A DNA stretch of 64,000 nt from positions 32,001 to 96,000 of the forward strand of contig CAWBKB010000007.1 of assembly GCA_963789265.1 (NCBI GenBank), read 5' to 3'. The notes beneath the pieces are model-generated. The model was not told where the DNA came from. It ran no database searches and saw nothing but the letters and a program-made list of their open reading frames with translations. Each line of letters opens with the position of its first letter. Positions within the stretch are counted from its first letter, which is position 1. Shown piece after piece: positions 50,595 to 61,046 of the stretch. A program made the position numbers and the translations under genes. This DNA comes from an uncultured delta proteobacterium. Lineage in GTDB: Bacteria > Desulfobacterota > Desulfomonilia > Desulfomonilales > Desulfomonilaceae.

Positions 50595-51038
50595 TCAGCC
50601 GGATCGGTCGGCCGATCTCTTCAGGCATTTGAGAGGGGGGGAAGGGGAGAACTCGGATCCCCAGCTCTGGGATATGCACAGGAGGTCTCCCCGCCATCGT
50701 TCGATTTTACGGATCGCTTCAGCTTCCCAGGGGAGCCAGATTGATCTCTTCTTGACACGGATGGCAGCTTCCAACTCCGCGGGAACCGGAGGGTTTAATG
50801 ATTCACTGTCGCTATCTTCAAGGTTATTGACGAAGTAGTTCAGGATCTTGATCTGGCGGCGGTTCAATTTTCCCCTGATGTGGCACAAACGCGGCTCCAG
50901 GGCCTTTTCCAAGCATTGTGTGGCGAAGTTGTTTTTGTGTTTGCAGTTGATGAGTTCGCTCAAAAATCTATAATTTTCTCTGAATTCTCCGGGGATGCTG
51001 GACAGGTCGGTGTCCTGGGCAGTTTTGTCCGCTTTCAT
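50595..51038 (-). CDS. Hypothetical protein; C-terminal part appears repeat-derived
   Basis: GGGAG RBS before MKADK; protein-like N-terminal ~110 aa. Confidence 0.5.
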   Translation of the reverse strand: MKADKTAQDTDLSSIPGEFRENYRFLSELINCKHKNNFATQCLEKALEPRLCHIRGKLNRRQIKILNYFVNNLEDSDSESLNPPVPAELEAAIRVKKRSIWLPWEAEAIRKIERWRGDLLCISQSWGSEFSPSPPLKCLKRSADRSG

Positions 51039-51208
51039 AGGTGCTCCCTGTAGCTTCCGGGGCTCGGTCGATCGGGCCGGGGGTCCCGAGAGTTGCCCGT
51101 GGTATGCAGGCAACGGGGAGGTTCCGTAACACCTTGCCGAACTATTGTCAAGTTATGCTTTCATATTTATTCTTATTTTATGGATATAACTATTAATATA
51201 TGTCAATA

Positions 51209-51511
51209 TCATGGGTTAGACGGACCTGCTTGATACAATTGTCGCTGTTTCTTGAGGACTTCCGGATCTATCTTAATTTTACCTTTGTACTTTTCCTCGT
51301 AATTCTCCAGACTCCTTTTCTCCTGATAAGAGAACACCGTCGTCTCGATCATCCCCACAATCTGTTCGCCGCAAGGCAATGCCCGTACAAACGCCACCCC
51401 GCTCATGATGGTGGGCTGATTGGTCCTCAAGCCGTGTATATAGCACCCCAGTAAGATCCCCACGCCTGCTAAGATAGAGAAGTAGACGACATATTTCAGA
51501 GTTCTCAACAT
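51209..51511 (-). CDS. Hypothetical membrane-anchored protein
   Basis: AAGGA RBS; N-terminal TM helix. Confidence 0.65.
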   Translation of the reverse strand: MLRTLKYVVYFSILAGVGILLGCYIHGLRTNQPTIMSGVAFVRALPCGEQIVGMIETTVFSYQEKRSLENYEEKYKGKIKIDPEVLKKQRQLYQAGPSNP

Positions 51512-51586
51512 TTGGTGCGTCCTTCCGGAGTTAAGCTTCGTTCCTGAATTGACAGCTCGAAGCCCCAGGTCATTGGGGTCCGCGCA

Positions 51587-52474
51587 TTACAGGTAGATGA
51601 GCCCTATGCACGCGGCCAACCATAGAATAGCACATAAGAGGAGCGGAGGATCGGTCAGAAGCATGGCAGTAGGGGAGCCGCCGTCCTCTCTCTGGTAAAT
51701 GAGATACATGTAACGAAAAATACCGTATGTCACCAGCGGAATGGTAAACATCATCGTCTCGGCATGAAGTCCCCCGGACGGGTTGCCGCGCACCGAGTAC
51801 AGGCAGTAGAAGATGAACGTCGAAGTGGTAGTGATTTGCAAAAGCTGGTCCAGCAATGACACGCTGTAGTTCTCGAGAACCGGCCTATGGCAACTGGCGT
51901 CTTCACACAAGATCACTACTTCGTGGCGTCGTTTCCCAAGGGCCAAGAGTATCGCGACAGAGAAAGTGCACAGCACAAGCCAGCTAGAAACAGTGACCCC
52001 GATTACCACCGCGCCGGCCAGCACTCTGAGTAAGAACCCAACCGATATAGTCAACACATCTACGAGGACCAAGTCTTTGAGTTTGCACGAGTAGAGCACA
52101 TGGAGTAAGAGATAAGTGCCCAGAAAAATAAAGCCCTTTGTCGGAGTTTTCACCGCAAAGGCTAGGGCAAAGATCCCGGCAATCAGCAGGAACATGACAG
52201 AAAGGGCAGTCGCAGGAGATATGGTCCCCGCTGCCAACGGACGATTTTTTTTCAGCGGATGGGCTCTGTCTTGTTCCATGTCCATGTAATCATTTAGAAT
52301 GTACGTGGCAGAGGACGCTAGACAGAAAGCAACACACATCCCTACCGCTTTTACCACGTCTTCAACCTCGAACAGCCGGCCGCTGAAGATAAGAGGCATC
52401 AACACGAACCCATTCTTAATCCACTGAGTCGGCCGCATGAGTTTTATGATAGATTTCAACAACTTCCTCGGCAT
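51587..52474 (-). CDS. UbiA-family decaprenyl/polyprenyl-phosphate phosphoribosyltransferase
   Basis: RPTQWIKN, YILNDYMDMEQDRAHP.K..RPLAAG, GFLLRVLAG, KRRHE. Confidence 0.9.
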   Translation of the reverse strand: MPRKLLKSIIKLMRPTQWIKNGFVLMPLIFSGRLFEVEDVVKAVGMCVAFCLASSATYILNDYMDMEQDRAHPLKKNRPLAAGTISPATALSVMFLLIAGIFALAFAVKTPTKGFIFLGTYLLLHVLYSCKLKDLVLVDVLTISVGFLLRVLAGAVVIGVTVSSWLVLCTFSVAILLALGKRRHEVVILCEDASCHRPVLENYSVSLLDQLLQITTTSTFIFYCLYSVRGNPSGGLHAETMMFTIPLVTYGIFRYMYLIYQREDGGSPTAMLLTDPPLLLCAILWLAACIGLIYL

Positions 52475-52990
52475 TTCACTTCCGCGCAGGCTTCAATCGG
52501 AGATTGAAGGCCAGTTTCTAGCATATCCGAATCTCAGTGTAAATCGAAACCATGGTTTCGGTCAATTGGTCGAATAAGTGGAGGGGGGCCTGACAAGCGT
52601 ACTATGGTGGTCCTCGAAAGAACCGTCCTCATACCTGATGCGTGTTGGCATCTAATTAAGATCAGTAGGATAGTCCCGTGAGGCGCAGGACAGCTTGGCG
52701 CTGACGGACGGGCAAGATGCCCATCCCCACTGCAAGGGTGACCCTCGCCACCAAATCATTTTCTTTTTCCGTGATCGGATTCGAGAACTGCCTATACGCG
52801 TCATGCCTGCGAAGTCGGGAAGACGGTCCGTGGTGACCAAACGGCGACGCCGATGGCTTGCGCGGGGAAATCTCGCATATCGCGGGATGCCAATGAAAAA
52901 CTTTCGCCGTCCCGGCTGACCCGATCGAGGGTCCGAATCTCTTGGTTCGGCGGGAGAAATCAGTTATTCTTCACGCGGGAGGAAACTTGA

Positions 52991-53288
52991 ATGTTAACAA
53001 CGACTGAGCTTGTAAGAGAAGAGAAACCGGCGGATCAGGCTTATCAGGATCGCTTCGGACCTTCTGGTCTACGTCTTAATGACACGCTCGATGAGCCCTC
53101 CCGAAGCCGAGAAGATGATAAACGGGGTCAGAAAGTTGGCCCTGAAGTTGTTTCCCGGTAAAGAACACGTTTTTGACCTGATCTATCTGCCCCGCTTCAG
53201 AAGGGCTCTTCGAGAAGCAGGCGGTTACAACCACCAGCATGCTCTTAGGATTCTTGATGGAGGACGGGCTTGTTTAGCTCTGAAATAG
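52991..53288 (+). CDS. Small hypothetical protein, one frameshift near 53025
   Basis: MLTTTELVREE(N)RRIRLIRIASDLL continues into ORF 53079 (LFPGKEHVFDLIYLPRFRR); GGAGG RBS. Confidence 0.7.
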
Positions 53289-53327
53289 TGCGCCAAGGTT
53301 TGACTTTTTGCTCCGGAGGGGTGGAAC

Positions 53328-54545
53328 ATGACAGATCTGGATCTTATGAAGACTCTAACCCAGAAAAGCGACTCCAAGATCGTTCTTCTGGTAATGGACG
53401 GCCTTGGGGGCCTGCCACAGGAAATCGGCGGACCAACCGAACTGGAAGCCGCGGATACGCCAAATCTGGACCGTCTTGCCAGGGAAGGCATGTTGGGGCT
53501 CATGCACCCCGTCGCGATCGGCATATCGCCCGGGAGTGGACCGGGCCATCTAGGGCTTTTCGGGTACGACCCTTTGAAATATCTCATCGGTAGAGGAGTC
53601 CTCGAAGCAGTCGGCATAGGGCTGAACTTGACGAATCAAGACGTGGCCGCTCGCGGAAATTTCTGCACCGTAGACGAGAGCGGGGTGATAACCGACCGCC
53701 GGGCCGGCAGAATCAGCACCGAGGAGTGCTCCCGCATGGTCGGCTTGATAGAAGACATTTCTCTGCCGGGTGTTGACTTGATAGTTAAGCCGGTTAGAGA
53801 CTACCGTTTTGTGCTTGTCCTCAGAGGTTCCGGGCTCTCGCCGAGTCTCAATGAGACCGATCCTCAAAAAACCGGCCTGAGGCCCCTGACCGTTGAGCCC
53901 GAGGGGGATTCCGATGCTGCTTGGCACACTGCGGATCTTGTCAATCAGTGGATAGACAAAGTCAGAGATCGGATCAAGGATCAGCACCCAGCCAACATGG
54001 TTACTCTTCGGGGATGGTCTCGAGAGCCTGGCCTGCCGAGCTTCCAGGAGATATTCAAACTCAACGCGGCCGCTCTAGCCGTTTATCCCATGTACAAGGG
54101 ATTGGCTAGCCTCGTTGGCATGACCCTTATCCAAGGGCTTACCGACCTTGACAGCCAACTTGAAGCGCTCCGCAACGTTTGGGATGCTCATGATTTCTTC
54201 TTCGTGCATTATAAGTACACTGACAGCCGAGGAGAAGACGGAAACTTCGATGCGAAGGTCAAGGAGATAGAAAAGGTCGACCGTATCGTACCGAGAATAC
54301 TGGAGCAAAAGCCCGACGTGTTGGTAGTTACCGGCGATCACTCCACGCCGGCAGTATTAAAGTCGCATAGCTGGCATCCTGTTCCGCTGCTCTTTTGGGC
54401 TCCCGGTGTGACACGTGCAAATCCGGATGTCCGAGGCTTCGGCGAGAGCCAATGCCTTCGGGGTGCCTTAGGCCAGTTCAAAGGGTCAGATCTCATGAAG
54501 CTCATAACGGCTTACGGGAAAAGACAGGCAAAGTACGGGGCATAG
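53328..54545 (+). CDS. apgM: Cofactor-independent phosphoglycerate mutase (ApgM type)
   Basis: DGLGG, TPNLD, PGSGPGHL, RRAGR, GDHSTP, HSWHPVP. Confidence 0.92.
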   Translation: MTDLDLMKTLTQKSDSKIVLLVMDGLGGLPQEIGGPTELEAADTPNLDRLAREGMLGLMHPVAIGISPGSGPGHLGLFGYDPLKYLIGRGVLEAVGIGLNLTNQDVAARGNFCTVDESGVITDRRAGRISTEECSRMVGLIEDISLPGVDLIVKPVRDYRFVLVLRGSGLSPSLNETDPQKTGLRPLTVEPEGDSDAAWHTADLVNQWIDKVRDRIKDQHPANMVTLRGWSREPGLPSFQEIFKLNAAALAVYPMYKGLASLVGMTLIQGLTDLDSQLEALRNVWDAHDFFFVHYKYTDSRGEDGNFDAKVKEIEKVDRIVPRILEQKPDVLVVTGDHSTPAVLKSHSWHPVPLLFWAPGVTRANPDVRGFGESQCLRGALGQFKGSDLMKLITAYGKRQAKYGA

Positions 54546-54663
54546 GAATAAATAGAAAGGAAGTAAGAATAACCGGGGAGATCCTCCTTCGAAAACTATC
54601 CGCGTTAAATTGGGGCTGGTTGCCCCGGTCGTGACCACTTAAGACGGCTGATCAGCGATCAAG

Positions 54664-54750
54664 GTCCCCCTTTTCTAAAGGGGGATTTAGGGGGATTTTC
54701 AATATGCTAGACTAAAATCCCCCCTAGCCTCCCTTTACAAAAGGGGGGAA
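54664..54750. repeat. CCCCCTTT..AAAGGGGG hairpin doublet
   Basis: 54664-54702 is identical (39 bp) to 16400-16438; a further copy lies at ~60985-61029. Confidence 0.85.
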
Positions 54751-54799
54751 ACAAATCGGTAATTTAACGCCTATGCCCCGAAAAACTCCTGAAAATAAA

Positions 54800-55757
54800 A
54801 TGGCACTTTCAGACGTTCACCCGTTTCACCGCTTCGAACCGTGGCAAGTTTGGCCCGGCTCTTACGACAATGCCGCTCCTGATGGATTTTACCCATCTCC
54901 CGGTAACTCGGCCCTCAGGATTACTCCCTCAACGCTCATTGCGTCGATGGGCTCCTGTTTTGCTCGTGAAATCAAGTCTGTACCTAGTACGCGAAGGATT
55001 TTCATACATCACCGAGGAAGTCCATCATCCGGCCTCCAAACATGCAAGCGCGGCCTGGGAAAGGGTCTACAACCTTTTTTCCATGCGGCAGATCTTCGAG
55101 TACACGTTCGGAGATTGGGCACCGTCACAGAGGTGGTGGGAAGCCCCGCTGTCCGGAAGGATTCAGGACCCGTTTCGTAGAATTATCCTGTATGACAGCA
55201 TCGACGAGGCCGAAGAAGATTTTCAGCGTCATCGGATTTGTTCTCGAAAGGTGCTGGAAAGCGCGGAGGTGCTGATCCTGACTCTGGGGCTTACAGAAAT
55301 TTGGCAGGATGCATCGGATGGCTCGGTGATTTGCCTCCCTTCAGGTCCTTATGTCAACGAAGGGGGAGACATGAGCCGCTATGAGTTCCGTGTGAGTCGG
55401 TACGCGGAAAACCTTGCAAATCTGGACCGCATTCATGCCGTTATGGCCGTGCACAACCCGGCGTGCAGACTGATCGTCACTGTTTCTCCGGTACATCTCT
55501 GGGCCACATTTCGCAGAGATCTGGATGTGATCAGCGCGAGCTGCAACTCCAAATCCGTTTTGCGAGCGGTAGCCGACGATTTTTGTGCACAGCATGAAAA
55601 TGCCTTTTATTTTCCCGCGTTTGAGATTGCTTCCATATACAGGCCGCTCATGGGACAGCCGACCTATGCCGAGGGTCGCGAGAATTTTCATGTAAATCAA
55701 GATACGGTTGACTTTATAATGAAGACCTTCTTCGAGTTCTACGCTCGAAGGGACTGA
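54800..55757 (+). CDS. GSCFA-domain protein (SGNH-like), one frameshift near 54977
   Basis: MGSCFAREI, LTLGLTEIW, TVSPV, SKSVLRA, YFPAFEI. Confidence 0.88.
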
Positions 55758-55877
55758 AAGAGTTCAGTTCGCGTTTCATTTATCAGCCGACATAATGGTT
55801 TGTTGACAAGTACGCTGAGATATTGCTAGAATTCATTTGTAGGGAGGGAAATCCCATGAGGAGGGATTTTCGTCCCA

Positions 55878-56852
55878 ATGCGTGTTTCTGCGGAAACCTC
55901 CGTTTCTTCGGACTGGCTCGACTCCAGGGTCGAACCGTGCCCTCGGTCGCCGCTTCCCTTCCGTCTGCCTTTCCTCGTCTTAGCGGGCTTCTTCCTCTGC
56001 TCGTGCACGCTCCTGTCACAATCCCCATTCCTTGCTCGCGCGAGCGAGATACCACTCTTAAAAGAGAGCAGCCCATTGATCAGTGATCCCTCGGGCCGGG
56101 TCCCGTATCAGAGATGGAGGGTACCCCCGTGGAACAAAGACATGCGATATATTTGGATGGTGGGCAATTATGATTTCAGACGATCCGATCGCGTAGAGTT
56201 GGTCCTATATTTTCACGGCATGCACTCTAAAGACTATTACCGGGCATTTCACAAGGAGTTGGAATTACTTGCTGAGAAGAGGCCCCATCGTCCGTTTCTT
56301 TTCGTGGGATTTGTGGACACACCCTTCCCTCCTTCAAAAGGTAAAAACCGGGATCGTTGGGGCTTATTGGTTCCACACAAGGGGGAAAGACCGGATCTTC
56401 TCTGCAAAACCGTTAATCGCGTCTTCAAAGCTATCCGTACGACATTCCCTAATGTACGAAAAGACAAGACTTCCATCGTATTAGCCGGATTTTCGGGAGG
56501 CGGGCGCGTCCTGAGCTCGATTGGAAACTGGCTGGTACACAGCAAAGGAAACGACCCGTACGCGGAGGTCTTTCGCAGCAAGCTCAGCAAGATCGTTTAC
56601 TTCGATTGCTGGTTTGACAATGATGACGTAAATACGGTCCCTACGCTGCTGGAAAACAATCCGCGTATGAAAATCGTGGGCACGGTCCACATGAAGAAAC
56701 CCTTGGAACATGCCATAATTCTGGCCGGCAAATACAAGATGAAAGCCGACAGGAAGAACAATGAGCTTGTGGGGCTCGGCGGTCGACTCGTAATATTCCG
56801 TGATCAGTCCCATTGGAGAGCTATGATAGACCGACTGGCCGCGGCTCTTTGA
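55878..56852 (+). CDS. Exported alpha/beta-hydrolase-like protein
   Basis: Hydrophobic signal segment, YFHG, AGFSGGG nucleophile elbow. Confidence 0.65.
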   Translation: MRVSAETSVSSDWLDSRVEPCPRSPLPFRLPFLVLAGFFLCSCTLLSQSPFLARASEIPLLKESSPLISDPSGRVPYQRWRVPPWNKDMRYIWMVGNYDFRRSDRVELVLYFHGMHSKDYYRAFHKELELLAEKRPHRPFLFVGFVDTPFPPSKGKNRDRWGLLVPHKGERPDLLCKTVNRVFKAIRTTFPNVRKDKTSIVLAGFSGGGRVLSSIGNWLVHSKGNDPYAEVFRSKLSKIVYFDCWFDNDDVNTVPTLLENNPRMKIVGTVHMKKPLEHAIILAGKYKMKADRKNNELVGLGGRLVIFRDQSHWRAMIDRLAAAL

Positions 56853-57071
56853 GATAGTGACCGACAAAAAGTCTATTCGGCCGCTTTCTTTGCGAGAAAG
56901 GGAGAATGTAGTTTGGTGCAATTCCACCAAGTAGAGGGCTTTTTGGCCCAATTCTCCTCTGACAATATTAGATAATTAATACAAGATGTTATCCGTCAAT
57001 GCTCCTTGACGGCCGGACTTGGGGTGTGCTATAAGACGCCAAACCGCACCAGTTCCGGCGGAGGTTCGAGC

Positions 57072-58370
57072 ATGCTCTCACCATTGCTGCAAAGCATCGA
57101 CGTGAATTACAAAGCAACCATAGACTTTTTGTACAGCCTGGATCGGTTCGGTATACTTCTGGGGCTGGAGAATATCGGCCTGTTGCTGGACAGGCTGGGC
57201 AATCCTCAAAGAAAATTTCCGGTCGTGCACGTGGGCGGAAGTAACGGGAAGGGATCCACGGCTTCCCTTATCCACGAGGTGCTTCGAGAGGCCGGACTAA
57301 ACACTGCTCTTTACACCTCTCCTCATCTGAACGATTTTCGAGAAAGGATAAGATTGAATGGAGCTATGATCGCCAAAGAAGCCCTCATAGCTTCCACAGA
57401 TAAAGTTCGGTCGTTGTACGATCCTGGGCGAACGACCTTTTTCGAGTTCACTACTGCCGTGGCTTTTGACTGCATGGCCCAAGTTCGGCCCGACCTTGCC
57501 GTTATAGAAGTCGGTCTTGGGGGACGACTGGACGCGACAAATACAGTCTCACCCTGCCTCACCCTGATCACCGACATATCGCGTGAACACGAGGACTACC
57601 TCGGTGTGGGCATCTCTGCTGTGGCCCGGGAAAAGGCCGGGATCATCAAGCACGGAGTACCTCTCGTAGCGGGGGCCACTCGGCACGAAGCTGGAGCAAT
57701 CATCCGCGAAACTGCGCGGGACCTTCGGGTGCATGTGAGTGAATTCGGCCGCGACTTCGCCGGTGTCAGGACAGGACTCGGTCGCTTCACTTATAGATCC
57801 GACTCTCTGACTTTGGAGAATCTGTCCCTTTCCATGCCCGGGAGTCATCAGATCAAGAACGCGGCCCTGGCGGTTGCGGCAATCGAGCAACTGAGGTCCC
57901 AGGGATATAGGATTTCGGATCGTGCTATTAGAGAGGGGCTGAGGAAAACTCGATTTCCCGGGAGATTTGAAGTCCTCCGGCGGCGTCCGGACGTGGTTAT
58001 AGACGGCGCTCATACTCCTGAAGGAATGAGGTTACTTAAGAGCACCCTGAAGCAAGTTTACCCCGGGAATAGACCTTACATGCTCCTTGGAATGCTAAGA
58101 GACAAGAATTACGAGACATTGATCGAAATAATCGCCCCTTTAGCCTTGGAAGCGGTCTGTGTTCCGCCCCAAAGCGATAGGGCGTTGAATCCGGACATAC
58201 TGGCGGCACACGTTCGAGTTCGCGGCGTGCCCGCTACTACGCACGAGGATATTACTGAAGGCTTTAAGCTACTTTTGAAAAAAGTCTCTGACAGAGACGT
58301 GATCGTCGCGGCTGGATCGCTGTACATGATCGGTCCGGTGAGGCGAGCTTGCGGAATCGGAGACGACTGA
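57072..58370 (+). CDS. folC: Folylpolyglutamate/dihydrofolate synthase
   Basis: HVGGSNGKGST, TSPHL, EVGLGGRLDATN, DGAH, GSLY. Confidence 0.96.
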   Translation: MLSPLLQSIDVNYKATIDFLYSLDRFGILLGLENIGLLLDRLGNPQRKFPVVHVGGSNGKGSTASLIHEVLREAGLNTALYTSPHLNDFRERIRLNGAMIAKEALIASTDKVRSLYDPGRTTFFEFTTAVAFDCMAQVRPDLAVIEVGLGGRLDATNTVSPCLTLITDISREHEDYLGVGISAVAREKAGIIKHGVPLVAGATRHEAGAIIRETARDLRVHVSEFGRDFAGVRTGLGRFTYRSDSLTLENLSLSMPGSHQIKNAALAVAAIEQLRSQGYRISDRAIREGLRKTRFPGRFEVLRRRPDVVIDGAHTPEGMRLLKSTLKQVYPGNRPYMLLGMLRDKNYETLIEIIAPLALEAVCVPPQSDRALNPDILAAHVRVRGVPATTHEDITEGFKLLLKKVSDRDVIVAAGSLYMIGPVRRACGIGDD

Positions 58371-60665
58371 TAGTGTTTCTTCCCCACAATCGCCACGCAG
58401 GCCGAATCTCTCGAGCCGGCTGTCTATGTGTTTTGCTGATATCTGTGGTGTTTTGCGTGTCCCTCGCGAGCGGCCAAGAAGCCAAAGGCAAAAGACCGAA
58501 TATAGCCGATATTTCCAAACAGTCGACCATTCTCCCCACTAACATCCCCATTCAGATGTCGGCCGAAAGATTGTCATTTAACTACGAGAAAAACACGTAC
58601 ACCGCTCTGGGCAAAGTCACACTGAGCCAGGGAAACACTCGATTGCGCGCTGACAGTATTGTGTACCAAGGCAATACGGGCGATCTAACTGCCAAGGGCA
58701 AGGTTATCGTTCGAATGGGAAGCGATGTGATCGAGGCGGAGAAAATCACAATCAACCTGGCCGGAGCCACGGGCGTTCTATACAACGGGAAGCTGCTTCT
58801 GACCAAGAACAACATTTATCTTGAAGGGAAAAAGCTTGAAAAAACAGGTAAATCTACATACGTAGTGAAGGAAGGGAGCTTCACCACTTGCAACGGGGCC
58901 ACTCCGGACTGGAAGATCACAGGCAAGGACCTGGAAGTTACCCTCGAGGGCTATGGTACTCTCAGGCACGGGTTCTTCTACATCAAAAACATCCCGGTTT
59001 TTTATCTCCCCTGGTTGATGTACCCTGCCAAGCGCAAGCGCCAGAGCGGTTTCCTTATGCCCACCCTTGCCAACAGCAGCATCAGAGGCTTTGACATCCG
59101 ACTGCCGATCTTCCTTGATATCTCCCCGAGTATAGACGCAACGATCATCCCCAGGATTTGCACAAAGAGGGCAATACAGGCCGCGCTTGAGTTCCGGGTA
59201 CTTTCCGTACGAAGACTTTCAAGGGCGCTTTTACGGCGAGTATACGTACGATTGGAAATATGGGCCCGAAACAAATCCAAAGAGCCACCGCTTCTATGTG
59301 ACCTGGCGACACGATCAGGAATTCGCTCGCGAGATCAAGCTCAAAGCCAACGGAAACTGGGTTTCAGACAGGAACTATTTCGAGTTCTGGGGAGGCAAAT
59401 TCGACAGACGCCTGCGAGTGCGTTATCTGGAATCAAACTTAATCCTGTATAAACAGTTGAACAACTTCCTTTTTGAAGCGGAGGCGAGACATTTTGACAA
59501 TCTCGACGTGCCCGACAACGCTGTTACGGTCCAGAACCTTCCTATAGCGACCGGCACCGTGTTCAACCAACAGATTCCTTACACGCCGTTATATGTGAGT
59601 TCAAATCTTGTTTACGACTATTTTTACGCCCCGCGCATGAATCAACAGTGGTTGGGAAGTCGTTTGCAGATGAACACGCGGCTTAGCCTGCCGCTTGCCC
59701 TTGGGCATTATCTGAAAGTGGAGCCCTCCATGAGGTATTTCCCAAAGGCGTATGCGGCCGATTATTATGAGCATGATAAAAGCGTAAACTCGGTCAACGC
59801 CTTGCGCGCCGATCTATATCAGGTCAATGCAGACGCCTTCACGGACCTGGACAGTGTGTACCTCGGTTCCTTTTTGGGGTTCCAACGAGTCAAACATACG
59901 ATTCGTCCTCGTATTTCCTGGATCTATAGACCTTTTCGCAGTCAGCAGACTTATCCCTATTTTGATGAGACCGACCGGTTGGACCGTGCAAGTTTACTTA
60001 CAGCGGAATTGCGCCAAACTTTAACGGGGCGGGTCGGGCCCGGCGAGTATCTGGACTTTATGACCTTGAGCATTTCCCAGGGGTATGATTTTGCAAATCC
60101 CAGGTCAGCGGAGGATTTCTCGAGAGGCAAGCCGCACTGGTATCAGTACGGTTGGACGAACTCTGATGTTGAATTGACAATAAGGCCTCATTCTCTCATA
60201 GATCTCACGGCTCAGGCGCTGTACGACCCGGTTCTGGACCAGATCCGACGATATAGTGTCAACTTGGGGCTCATGGACCATAGGGGCGACGAAGTCCGAA
60301 TATTGCATCAGTTTACTGAGGCCGACAGGCCGGAGGACATGAACCGCCAGACGGATGTGAACCTGGTGGTAAAGTTGACATCAGACCTCGATTGTTTCGT
60401 TGAGAACCAGTACACACACCAGTTTGATTTCTCATATTTCACGAGCTTCGGGTTAAATTACCACCCGCAGTGTTGGAACCTATTGCTGCGATATTCCGAG
60501 ATTCGTGAGCAGGACCCTATTTCCAAAAAGATAAAGGAGCCGGACCAAACGGTCTTCATGACTCTTTCCCTGTACGGACTTGGACAGATCTACCGCTTTA
60601 CGAGAGACTGGAGCGAGATTCTGGGCCACACTCCCGAGTCAACCAGTTCCACTCCTATCAGATGA
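58349..60665 (+). CDS. lptD: LPS assembly protein LptD, one frameshift near 59197; start uncertain
   Basis: OstA-like N-domain, FTTC, IPVFYLP, RQSGFL.P, C-terminal beta-barrel with QCW. Confidence 0.88.
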
Positions 60666-60736
60666 GTTGAGAGGCTGCCAATTCGGCCATATATACCCAT
60701 TGCCAAAAGTTTGTCAGATTAGAAGTAGCTTCACAC

Positions 60737-60822
60737 CGTCATTCCGGCGAAGGGCGGAATCCAGTCTTTTCAATCCCGCGTTCCTCGCGGGACTGGACCC
60801 CGGATCGGAGTCCGGGGTGACG
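60737..60822. repeat. CGTC-type palindromic doublet
   Basis: CGTCATTCCGGCGAAGGGCGGAATCCAG ... CTGGACCCCGGATCGGAGTCCGGGGTGACG. Confidence 0.75.
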
Positions 60823-60957
60823 GGTGGTGAACAGGTCATTAGTTTTGTCAACGGCCATATATGCTTCATCGGCGGCCGAAAGCAATTGCGCACGCAGCTT
60901 CAATGGGTTACTATCCCTCGCTGGATTGATTGTACCTCTGGTAGAAACACGAATTGA

Positions 60958-61046
60958 TACCAATTCGCGTTCAAAATTGTGAGAAAATCCCCTCTAACCC
61001 CCCTTTAGTAAAGGAGGGAAGTGGGGATTATGAATGCGAATTGGTA
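60958..61046. mobile_element. 89-bp MITE-like element carrying a CCCCCTTT..AAAGG hairpin
   Basis: TACCAATTCGCGTTCA ... TGAATGCGAATTGGTA, a 15/16 inverted match with TA at both ends. Confidence 0.7.

Noticed and set aside
52652..52919. Short ORFs between the UbiA-family gene and 52991
   Set aside because: The translations (GWASCPS, PDFAGMT) derive from REP sequences; no RBS support
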